DNA of 64,000 bases from a virus (taxonomy: Duplodnaviria > Caudoviricetes): the IMG/VR virus record IMGVR_UViG_3300005711_000021, positions 32,001-96,000 of that record, one strand, 5' to 3'. The notes below the pieces were generated by a model. That model was not told where the DNA came from and searched no databases. It worked only from the letters and a program-made list of their open reading frames with translations. The position numbers were made by a program, and so were the translations under genes. Below are positions 30,701 to 39,230 of the stretch, piece after piece (within the stretch, counting starts at the first letter, position 1; each line of letters starts with the position of its first letter).

Positions 30701-32861
30701 TATGACAGAATTAGATAATGAAACGATTATTAATTTATGTAAATATATGATCAGTACACCTAAAGGTATTACATTAAATTATAAAAAGATAGATCCTATT
30801 ACCACACCAATAGAATCCGCCCCTGAATATTACGGATTAGAATCTATGTTTAAACAACAAGATGGTTTTAATAAATTAAGCTATTGCAATATAGATAAGA
30901 TAATAGAGTTTTATGCAGGAACACCTGAAAAGAGTGATTACTTTACTATTACAAGTGATATGTACACGCTATTAAAAGATGAAGGTATTATTGTTTGGAA
31001 TGATACAGCTCCAGCATTATTAGATTATAGTATTTTATATATACAATATACAATTAAGATTCCAGCAACATTTACTGTAGATGATGATTTATTATATGAA
31101 AAAACAAATCATACTATTGAAGGTTATTCTTTCATTAAACGTATTGATGATATAGCAAACATTAAAAACAATACATTTATTGATTTATCTAAAGAAACTT
31201 CATTCTTAACCGCAGACAAAGTAATTGTACATTGTACAAATCCTAGTTTCGATGCATATCTTGAAACAGGTGGTATTAGATTTAAAAGGACCATTGAAGA
31301 TAATGCTTTATATGCAAGGTCAGGTTATTATTATGTAGATGGCTTAGAATATTATATGTTTGCAGAAGAAACTTCTGAGAGAACTAATAAAGTAATTAAT
31401 ATAGAATATGGAAACACAACAAAAGATAATGAAGGTATTCATTTACAAAAATCATCTCATAACTATATTAATAACTCATTACTTACTACTGAAGGCATGG
31501 GTAATATATATTCTAAAAACTTCACAAAAGATAGTAATGTGTTTGGTGCTAGTTCACTTAATGCTTTAACAGCATGTAACAGTTTTAATCATTGGAAGAA
31601 CGTAGGTTCTACATTATCATTAGTAGACGCTCATAATGGTGTAGGTATTTCATTAACACCTTTTATTACAGATGGTTATGCTTATGTTGATATAACAAAT
31701 AGTTTATATGAGAAAACATTAATTTCACTTTATCATACAGGTAGTGGAAAGGTTCTTATTGGAAAAGAAAAGAAACAAGGAGATTTAAAATATCCTAATT
31801 CAGATAGCATTGAAATCATTACAGAAATTAAACCAACTATGTCTAATAATAATATTTTATCTCATGTATTTGAACCTGATTTAAACTTTAGTTATTATTT
31901 GGTTATAAAAGGTTCAATTGTTATAGATGATATTATTATTTGTCATGCTGATGTCACTAGTAACTGGGATTATCATAAGAAAAATATTTCTACTTTAGGT
32001 CTTACAATTAAAGAACAAATATTAGAAGAATATGTTAATCGCTTATTTTTTTATAATACAAGTGGCTATAAAAATTTAGGTGCAGAAATAGATAAAAATA
32101 ATACAATCATAAATAGTTCACTTGTTAACTGGGGACTTACAAAAATAAAAGAATACAATGTTTATGATGATTGGAATTATTGTGAGCTTAATTATGTAGA
32201 TATAGAAAATAACATGTTAATATCTAAAGGTTTAGAAGGATATGTTATGACTGAACCTATTTTTGCAGGTGATTTAAATATGATTAAATCATTAATTATA
32301 AAAATAAATGATGTGGAATTTAATCAGACTTCTGGTTTTACAGTTTATGTTTATTCATCAAATGAACATTCAGGTGTATATGAATTAAAATCTTCTTTTA
32401 AAAATAATATAGGTGTAATAAAAGAAAAAGAAGTTAAACAGCTTGGAAAATATATTAAGATTAAAATTCAAATGCCACAATACAAAATTATAAACACACT
32501 TTCATTGTTTGCAGAATATAAGGAATCAGAAACATCTGCTCCAATAGAAAGAGTTAATACAAATGGTCAATTAATCTCAGAGATTTATGATGGACAATAT
32601 CAAGCAAAATATAAATTAACTGATATTAACATAGAAAAGATAAGTAATATAGATGATGTACAAATACAAATAAGAGCATCTAAAGTAAATAAAGATGAAT
32701 CTATATGGACAGAATGGAAGATGATTAAATTAAGTCCTGAACTAAAAGTACTTAACTCTATTGTCTTTGATGATTATAGATTCTTCCAATTAAAGATTTC
32801 ATTAAAAAGACAAGATACTTATATAAAAATTAATTACTTAGACTTAAAGGTGGTGAGATAA
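27750..32861 (+). CDS. Large baseplate/wedge-associated structural protein
   Basis: ~1703 aa, beta-rich, translationally coupled to the J-like gene (TAATG overlap). N-terminal FPKWMDI and HVWNIFDEFA...R..GETN..L..RIL resemble baseplate wedge segments. C-terminal SIWTEW...YRFFQLKISL. Confidence 0.55.
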   Translation: MLNTESLFNKMLEHFPKWMDIRKRATKSIGGQLLESVAEETATLKEALEEFKKDFFIESYFGKENEIVDFVYKIQVGDIDISVLKIISHNLTYTNDLNVFYKQTGVFYYENSYLFFRIDDIGEDKIEYTLNDYYFVETPEKMHVWNIFDEFATFVGIERHEGETNKKLENRILNVFKNKMNNTKDGLKHAILTEIMELDPTLTMDEITIEGVTPENLRKKYDEFSTVLDKLSSINKDSYKYKKWDVDPWFYSIRSIDYIPHAWDVALEVFKDGIGKTDDLKILLSTTEDTTDASIVLYKKSTKDIDNYLKKNNVNTNIELSLTQFNEELNPILSRYKITASKAVDITNKDISFQYSDVAHKQGEYEVSNLVAKDDDGNYIMSDVQVNDYTILPANKKFKLRFKPLESFKKLAIKQCDFVNDDKVSKSLLKANDSFDFLNNQLTYKYCKSYASTINDFLEVTNLTDTVRGLTVQTSEKEASAILNIDDMAMEHIYFSYGCDMAAINNNNIVSENFDIVDNKYVSYSAPGETKFKLDIEANSIKFTTIGHCQITIYKDGSVLSGPYTVTDTQTFASDMSKTRSRYVVEILSLNSLEKITVKDLMYTSFDIIETLKYGQFAEDSLGIVLPNVSKNELSIKIQSYFQNAPYISSIYIGAPYDLNTVYETEVFSTGKDSHMYISKENMQADLILVDEHDTENLDSSYTVLNYRPYLEFKGTSNSAYIQLNLKSFIKINKITTDIGVVKTNFKNGEYVYLIELKSNNIISKVFVDGVVASNIKTKRLIDLFNIRPSNNDKLYVTNIFDGFISEKNKFQSKHKLSDIEEIKNAFKYGMFNFVNVSNDFNQAYIRDLDNNSVIVSTTGYNGSIKDACLKLKDKQTYVAYNEHKMIQQKKTMIQIEDTFSPFIPSDALYYYELTSMSSNVSIQFHDFNEVHYEIIYTGLNWTIGKKYIALEAHFDITDPKNFLADVITVNKQYKLQKTISINYMTELDNETIINLCKYMISTPKGITLNYKKIDPITTPIESAPEYYGLESMFKQQDGFNKLSYCNIDKIIEFYAGTPEKSDYFTITSDMYTLLKDEGIIVWNDTAPALLDYSILYIQYTIKIPATFTVDDDLLYEKTNHTIEGYSFIKRIDDIANIKNNTFIDLSKETSFLTADKVIVHCTNPSFDAYLETGGIRFKRTIEDNALYARSGYYYVDGLEYYMFAEETSERTNKVINIEYGNTTKDNEGIHLQKSSHNYINNSLLTTEGMGNIYSKNFTKDSNVFGASSLNALTACNSFNHWKNVGSTLSLVDAHNGVGISLTPFITDGYAYVDITNSLYEKTLISLYHTGSGKVLIGKEKKQGDLKYPNSDSIEIITEIKPTMSNNNILSHVFEPDLNFSYYLVIKGSIVIDDIIICHADVTSNWDYHKKNISTLGLTIKEQILEEYVNRLFFYNTSGYKNLGAEIDKNNTIINSSLVNWGLTKIKEYNVYDDWNYCELNYVDIENNMLISKGLEGYVMTEPIFAGDLNMIKSLIIKINDVEFNQTSGFTVYVYSSNEHSGVYELKSSFKNNIGVIKEKEVKQLGKYIKIKIQMPQYKIINTLSLFAEYKESETSAPIERVNTNGQLISEIYDGQYQAKYKLTDINIEKISNIDDVQIQIRASKVNKDESIWTEWKMIKLSPELKVLNSIVFDDYRFFQLKISLKRQDTYIKINYLDLKVVR

Positions 32862-32865
32862 TTTT

Positions 32866-34749
32866 ATGTTCCAAAATAATGCACGTATAGAAAATTTAAC
32901 AGGCATAAGATTCTATGAACAAGACGTTTTATATGATGACCATACATATAGTGGAGATATAGAAATTATTATAAAAGCAGATTATGTTTCACCAGGTTTT
33001 GGCATAGCCCTCTTAAATAATGAGGGCTTGTCTTTACAAGAACAAAAAGAAATGATTTTATTTAGAACAGGTTTTAGAGAATCATCTGTTATTTATAAAT
33101 ATGGTTATTCACAAAAAAATATTAAACGTTATACTTCAATATTTAAGCCTCCACATAATAATATTTATTTTACTTTTTCAAAACAAGGAAGAAATATAAA
33201 ACTATATTGTTCAAAACTAGATATACCTTTAATAGAATATACGCTACCAAATAATAACTGGGATAAATATAGTTTAGGTATTTATTCTAATGCAGGTAAT
33301 GTTATTAAAAGCATTAATATTGCATCATCAGTTCCTAAGAACTGGATTGTGAATATGTATAATACAGACGGTGGTTATGTTAAGTTTGTTAAATCAGGTT
33401 TTGAATTTATCTCTTGTAAAAACAATGCAGAGATTGAGCAGAATAATACATTATTAAAAAAAGGAACTTATTTCTTAAAATATGATGTTGATACAACTAA
33501 GCATAATGATATAAAAGCTTATGTTTTTAAATCTGGTGACGAACGAATAGATAATGAAAGTAAGAACTTATTAATAGACAATACTTACTTTGTTCTAGAA
33601 GAGGATACACGAATCAATATAAAATTTACAGGTAAAAATGGAGCTATTAAAAACATTAACTTATGTGAAAACTTATACGATCAGTATGTACCAACTAAGG
33701 ATGATAATTCTAAGATAAAAGGAAGCTATATAAAAATTGATTTAAACGAAGTTGAATATGTAACATGGACAGGTGCTATTTTTAATCTTCCTGATCAATC
33801 TATCATTGCAGATGAATCTGAAATACCTTATGTTATTAATAATAGCTATGAAAAATTAAATGTAGATAACCTTAGAATAGAATTAAAAAAGATGTATATC
33901 TATACTTATTATACAGATGAAATGAAGTTAATTATTGAAGACCGTACTAATCCAAATAACGTTATTTTTCATAACTTTAATATAGGAACAACTTCTTTAA
34001 CAATATTTAATAATATGGATGCTTTAATCATTGATTTAAAAATAAAGAAGGCACAAGAAGATAATCTTATTGATTTCATAACAGATAGTTTAACTAAGAA
34101 CTATGTACAAAGAGATATCGCTAGTCCTATTGTTGTAGTAGATAAAGAAAATATTCCATTAGATCTTTCAAGTTCTTATCGTTTTATTTATGTTCCATTA
34201 AGTGAAGAAGATACTGCTTCTACTTATAAGAAATATATCTTTACGAATATAGAAAGAGAGATTTTTGAAGTAGATGATTATATACAATTAAGTAAACTAC
34301 CTTCAAGAGAAAAAAGTAAAATAAAAGTTTATGGTATCTATAAAAATGCAAAAATCAATAAAGATAATTTTTATGCAAACTCTAGAGAAGGTATCGATGA
34401 TTTAACTTTATATACAAATAACTATACTATTTTAGATAAAACAAAAATTAGTTACATAAACGAAAATACTGGTGAAATATATTTAACTGAGATTGATGAT
34501 TTTGAATCTATAATTGTAGATTACGAAAAGAGAGAGAGCTACTGTATTAATTATTTCCCAGAGGTCTCTATGTATGAAGTATCAATTGCAAACGAAGGGC
34601 AAGAATCAACTATCATGTATGATGAACCTATTTTAAAGAATGGTATTTTAGAATCAGAACTTTATAGACCTTTAAAAGCTAACAGTACAACTTATTTAAA
34701 ACCAGTAAATAAACAATATATTGTATTAAGAAAGGAATGGAATGATTAA
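32866..34749 (+). CDS. Putative virion structural protein (baseplate region)
   Basis: 627-aa beta-rich ORF in the tightly coupled structural operon. Confidence 0.5.
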   Translation: MFQNNARIENLTGIRFYEQDVLYDDHTYSGDIEIIIKADYVSPGFGIALLNNEGLSLQEQKEMILFRTGFRESSVIYKYGYSQKNIKRYTSIFKPPHNNIYFTFSKQGRNIKLYCSKLDIPLIEYTLPNNNWDKYSLGIYSNAGNVIKSINIASSVPKNWIVNMYNTDGGYVKFVKSGFEFISCKNNAEIEQNNTLLKKGTYFLKYDVDTTKHNDIKAYVFKSGDERIDNESKNLLIDNTYFVLEEDTRINIKFTGKNGAIKNINLCENLYDQYVPTKDDNSKIKGSYIKIDLNEVEYVTWTGAIFNLPDQSIIADESEIPYVINNSYEKLNVDNLRIELKKMYIYTYYTDEMKLIIEDRTNPNNVIFHNFNIGTTSLTIFNNMDALIIDLKIKKAQEDNLIDFITDSLTKNYVQRDIASPIVVVDKENIPLDLSSSYRFIYVPLSEEDTASTYKKYIFTNIEREIFEVDDYIQLSKLPSREKSKIKVYGIYKNAKINKDNFYANSREGIDDLTLYTNNYTILDKTKISYINENTGEIYLTEIDDFESIIVDYEKRESYCINYFPEVSMYEVSIANEGQESTIMYDEPILKNGILESELYRPLKANSTTYLKPVNKQYIVLRKEWND

Positions 34750-36629
34750 TGAAAATATATCCTTCAAAACATAGCATTGTACAAACTTCTGATGTTGATT
34801 TAACAAAAGACATTCCTTTGGCTTATATTGATACTGAAGCAAAAGAATATAATTGTATTGTCCGATCCAAATTAGATTATGATGAAATCAAGCCTATTCT
34901 TCCATATCAAACATTTAATAGCTATGATGTTTCTCTTTTTAAGCCAAAGAAAAAAGGTGTAATTGATTCTAGTAGTGATTTCGTAAAAATTGATCATGCT
35001 GACATTGTGCAAAGAGTAGGAGATGTATATCAATACATCCCTATTAGCACAACAACTTTTGTTCCTCAGGAGTTTGATTATTCAGTTGTTATAAAAAAGA
35101 ATATCACTTATAAAACACAAGAAAACTATAATTTTAAAGTAGGTTGTTTAGATGATACAACGAAAAAAGCAGATCAACTGCTATCTAAAAAGCTATTAAA
35201 AGTCTTTGGTGATGCTCCTGCAAGAGGTATTTGTCCTATTAATACTTGGGTTAATAATAAAGATATTTCTGCTAATAGCTTAACTAATTCTAAGATGGAT
35301 GAAATTGATTTTGTTTTTATTCAATCTAAAGATGGTTTTACAAATAAAACATATGATTATAGTACTTATGGTATTGTTGATAAACCTATAAAGTTTGAAA
35401 AAGACTTTTTATCTAATCATACAAATGTATGGGTGTGTGTAGATAACTTCCCTATTACATTAGAAAACAAAGAAGCTGTACTTAAAGATTCTAAATTATA
35501 TTCTAATGTAGCTATTAATAATAGTACTTTCTTAAATACAAATGCTAGTAATACTACTTTTACTATTGAAACAGAAGATAAGGAAACTGTAAAAGTACAT
35601 TATTTATTTAGCGGAGCTTATAGTGCTGCAATTGTAAAAGAATATGTAAATAAAGGATTTGTTATTTATACATCTAAAACATTTTTTGATCAAATCGAAA
35701 CAAATGCAAAAGTACTTTATGAAATCATGATGTATGTTTATAGCAATACTTATTTAGAATCTGAAACAGTTACTCAATGGATTACAGATACACCCCCTGA
35801 TTATATAATTATTAATAACAAATTAAATACAATAGAAAAATTCATTAGTAGTAAACAAATTCATAGATTCTTTGATTTATCACAAAATGAAGTAATGTTT
35901 TCTAAGATTAATATCTCTGCAAAAAATGTAATCATGAGAGGAATAGTAAATGATTATATTACATTTGAAAAGCTTTATACTGGAGCAGAACATGCTAAAT
36001 ATGCAGATCCTCCAAAACCATCAAGTAATATGATATCTGTTTATACGCCTCAAAGACAAATTATGTACTTCGATGAATTTGTTTATTCTATTCAAGATAA
36101 CATAGAAGATTGTATTAGCTGGACCAGAGAAGAAGACATGATTGTATTTAAGATTCGTTCTTTTAAACATACATATGGTAATGTTCATATTTCATCTGAA
36201 GCTATTAACGATATAAAAATACCTTTAGTAACAACAATAGATTATCAACAAGTGCCAGTAGAAAATATAAATTTCTATATCTATAGCAGAGATAATATTT
36301 TAAACTATTGTGAAGTAACTAAGTATGAAGATACAATGGGAACAATCCTAGCACAAGTTAATATTATAAGAACTGATGGAGATATTAGTGTTTATGATAT
36401 GAGAAGACGTGGTGGTGGTTTACCAGAGAATATGAAAGATAATCAAGAACTATTAGATATAGGATATATTAAAGGATTAGCTTATAGGAAATCAGGTGCT
36501 GTTGTCGTTACATTACCTAAACGTTTAGAAGAACATAAAGAACTAATTGAAAATGTTATAAGAAAACATATGGTAGCTGAAAAATTCCCTGTAATATTAT
36601 TTGAGGATAATGTTTTAAATAAAGAATAA
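34749..36629 (+). CDS. Putative virion structural protein
   Basis: 626-aa ORF with TAATG coupling. C-terminal DMRRRGGGLP...DIGY..G..YRKSGAVVVTLP looks like a conserved motif. Confidence 0.5.
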   Translation: MKIYPSKHSIVQTSDVDLTKDIPLAYIDTEAKEYNCIVRSKLDYDEIKPILPYQTFNSYDVSLFKPKKKGVIDSSSDFVKIDHADIVQRVGDVYQYIPISTTTFVPQEFDYSVVIKKNITYKTQENYNFKVGCLDDTTKKADQLLSKKLLKVFGDAPARGICPINTWVNNKDISANSLTNSKMDEIDFVFIQSKDGFTNKTYDYSTYGIVDKPIKFEKDFLSNHTNVWVCVDNFPITLENKEAVLKDSKLYSNVAINNSTFLNTNASNTTFTIETEDKETVKVHYLFSGAYSAAIVKEYVNKGFVIYTSKTFFDQIETNAKVLYEIMMYVYSNTYLESETVTQWITDTPPDYIIINNKLNTIEKFISSKQIHRFFDLSQNEVMFSKINISAKNVIMRGIVNDYITFEKLYTGAEHAKYADPPKPSSNMISVYTPQRQIMYFDEFVYSIQDNIEDCISWTREEDMIVFKIRSFKHTYGNVHISSEAINDIKIPLVTTIDYQQVPVENINFYIYSRDNILNYCEVTKYEDTMGTILAQVNIIRTDGDISVYDMRRRGGGLPENMKDNQELLDIGYIKGLAYRKSGAVVVTLPKRLEEHKELIENVIRKHMVAEKFPVILFEDNVLNKE

Positions 36630-36640
36630 TTTAGATATAA

Positions 36641-36659
36641 AAGCTATTAATAGCTTATC
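36641..36659. promoter_or_regulatory. Intergenic palindrome (candidate protein-binding site), copy 1
   Basis: Perfect 16-bp palindrome AAGCTATTAATAGCTT. The 17-mer GCTATTAATAGCTTATC recurs at 58776-58792. Confidence 0.45.
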
Positions 36660-36689
36660 TAATATAAAAAGGTTAAAGGAGTGACATAA

Positions 36690-38756
36690 ATGGCTAAGAA
36701 ATTAGAACAAATTGATTTTTCTGGTGGGATACGTGCAGAAAAAATTCAACATAACTTTGATGCATTAGAGGATCAGTTAGCAAGAGAACGTCTTGCTATC
36801 GCTGGTCACGGTGTTTCTACAGGTCTTGATTTTACAGTCGATAAATTCAATGTAGAAATTAATGAAGGAAGCTTAATTGGTCATAACGGTAAAGAAGTTT
36901 TCTTAGATGCTAAAACAATAGAAATTGAATTACCTAGATTAAAACAAATAAAAGATGAAACTTATTTAGTTCAAAATGGCGGACAAATTATTTTACCTAA
37001 CATACCATACTGCTTACATAGAGAATCAGCAGTTAATATTAATTCATTACAAAATGGTATCACTATTCTTAACTATAATAATTCTGGAGAGAAAATTAAA
37101 ATAAGAAATATTGTAGATAATGTTATTACTATTGATAACTCTTATAGTGGTACATTAGTAAAAATATCTTATAGTTATACTTATAAAAGATATGATACGA
37201 TTTATATTAATTTAGAAGGAGAAATTAAATTACTCGAAGGAACAACTTCTTCTGCTCCATCTATTATTATTCCAGAAGATAGTATGTATGTTTTAGGATA
37301 TGTAGAGATTGACCCTTATTCTATAGTTGGTACAAATAAAGTAGCTACACTTAAAATCAAAAAAGATATGAGAAGCTTACGTAATATCTTTACAGATTCA
37401 AATAATAGATTATTTATTTGTGGTGTGCCTTTTGATAATTTACAAATCATTCATATGGAACAACCAGAAAGACCATTCATTAATCAACTTTGGTATGATT
37501 CAGTAGCTAATAAATTAAAAGTATGGGTTGAATTAGATGGTATTGAACAATGGGTAAACGTAAACGATGATTCAACAATCCCTGTTGAAGAAGTTAAGAT
37601 GTGGGAGCCAGATGAAAATCCATCCGATAGAAGATATTTTATTTTTAAATCTGATGAAATACAATATCACTTTGTGCCAAATCGTAATTGCTTAGATATA
37701 AGAATTGACCAAGGTATTCTACATAGAGATCAATTTGATGAAGTAACATTAAGAGAAGCGAAAACAAATAAAACATTAAGAGATTATTTAATAGCTAATC
37801 ATGGTTATACAGAAGAATTTATTCAAAGTATCGATGAAAAATATGAAAATATCGGCATTGGATTTGTACTTGGTAGTCCTCTTGATAGAAAATGTTATGT
37901 AGAAGCAATAATTCATCATAGAGTACATGAAAATCCTTTAAGTAAAAGATTTCAAAGAACAGCAACTTTTGTTGCTACTAACTACTATAGAATTAGTAAT
38001 TCTGAAAAATTATTTACTCTTGATGAATATTATAGATTCGGAGAACATCAATTAGAATTATTTTTAGATGGGAAACGATTAGAATGTGGAATAGATTTTA
38101 TAGAAGGTAATGAAGCAGAATATGTTTATGATAAAGATCATGTCTTAATTTATCCTAAAAAAGGAAAAGCTATTAATACATTTTTAATTAAAAGAGATTT
38201 ACCTTCAAATGCTATTCTTTCATATAAGATTACAACAAGTATTTATTCTTATGATCATGTAGAACAAGTAGTAGGTAATTTAGGTGATAGAATTAATGTT
38301 GCTGAAATAACAGCAAACAATGCAAAAACTGAAGTAGAAGCTATTAAATCAAATGTTAATACTCAGCTTCATGAAATTAAATCAGATGTTAAAGCTTTAA
38401 AAGAAAGTGATAAAGAACATTCTAACTTTCTTAAAGTAACAGATAAAATTGGTTCTAATAATTTATCACAAGATATTATTAATAAATTACATAAAGGCTT
38501 TATTAATAAAACATTTACTAAAACAGCATCTCAAGTAGTTTTATTAGATGGCATTGCCCCAGAAGATTTAATCATTGCATTTGATATGTCTAAATCAACT
38601 GGTAATAATATTCTTAAAAGAATTGAAAATGATGAGCCTCAAGGAGATGGAGATTATTATATTGAACGTTCAGCAGGACAAGTAAAAATGATGTTTAAAT
38701 CTGCATCAACTGTAACTAATGGTTCATCTATCTATATTACTGGAATAAAATTCTAA
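36690..38756 (+). CDS. Putative tail fibre/baseplate structural protein
   Basis: 688 aa, RBS AAAGGAG. HGVSTGLDF...VEINEGSLI, NQLWYDSVANKLKVW and YRFGEHQLELFLDGKRL modules are typical of phage fibre-type proteins. C-terminal coiled coil. Confidence 0.55.
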   Translation: MAKKLEQIDFSGGIRAEKIQHNFDALEDQLARERLAIAGHGVSTGLDFTVDKFNVEINEGSLIGHNGKEVFLDAKTIEIELPRLKQIKDETYLVQNGGQIILPNIPYCLHRESAVNINSLQNGITILNYNNSGEKIKIRNIVDNVITIDNSYSGTLVKISYSYTYKRYDTIYINLEGEIKLLEGTTSSAPSIIIPEDSMYVLGYVEIDPYSIVGTNKVATLKIKKDMRSLRNIFTDSNNRLFICGVPFDNLQIIHMEQPERPFINQLWYDSVANKLKVWVELDGIEQWVNVNDDSTIPVEEVKMWEPDENPSDRRYFIFKSDEIQYHFVPNRNCLDIRIDQGILHRDQFDEVTLREAKTNKTLRDYLIANHGYTEEFIQSIDEKYENIGIGFVLGSPLDRKCYVEAIIHHRVHENPLSKRFQRTATFVATNYYRISNSEKLFTLDEYYRFGEHQLELFLDGKRLECGIDFIEGNEAEYVYDKDHVLIYPKKGKAINTFLIKRDLPSNAILSYKITTSIYSYDHVEQVVGNLGDRINVAEITANNAKTEVEAIKSNVNTQLHEIKSDVKALKESDKEHSNFLKVTDKIGSNNLSQDIINKLHKGFINKTFTKTASQVVLLDGIAPEDLIIAFDMSKSTGNNILKRIENDEPQGDGDYYIERSAGQVKMMFKSASTVTNGSSIYITGIKF

Positions 38757-38776
38757 AATAGAAAGGATGAATTATT

Positions 38777-39217
38777 TTGAAAGAACCTCAAATTTCTTGG
38801 TATATAACAGAAAATGAATCTGTCAATTTAATTGATGGAGAACATTATGCTGGGGCTTATCGTCCCAGCAATATAGAAGCAACTTTTGAAATGCAAGTAT
38901 GGAATAATAAATGGGGTACAGAAGATATTTCAGATGTTGAAAATCCTGTACTTGTTTTAATGTTTGATACACTTGAAGATTGTACGCTTTTACAATTTTG
39001 TAAGGTAAGAATTGATAACAGTCCATTTAAAGAATTAGAAATATTAGATAATAAAGGCATTCTACCATTAAATAGACCATTGTCTGGAAAAGCTAATAAA
39101 GGAACATCTAGTGACTCAAATAACTATTCTAAAATTACAATAAAATTTGGACCAATATATTATGGTATGAAAAATGGATTAAAAAGTTTATTAGTAGACT
39201 TACAATTTAATAAGTAA
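38777..39217 (+). CDS. Hypothetical structural protein
   Basis: 146 aa, TTG start after GAAAGGA. Confidence 0.6.
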   Translation: MKEPQISWYITENESVNLIDGEHYAGAYRPSNIEATFEMQVWNNKWGTEDISDVENPVLVLMFDTLEDCTLLQFCKVRIDNSPFKELEILDNKGILPLNRPLSGKANKGTSSDSNNYSKITIKFGPIYYGMKNGLKSLLVDLQFNK

Positions 39218-39230
39218 AGGAGTGAAATAA

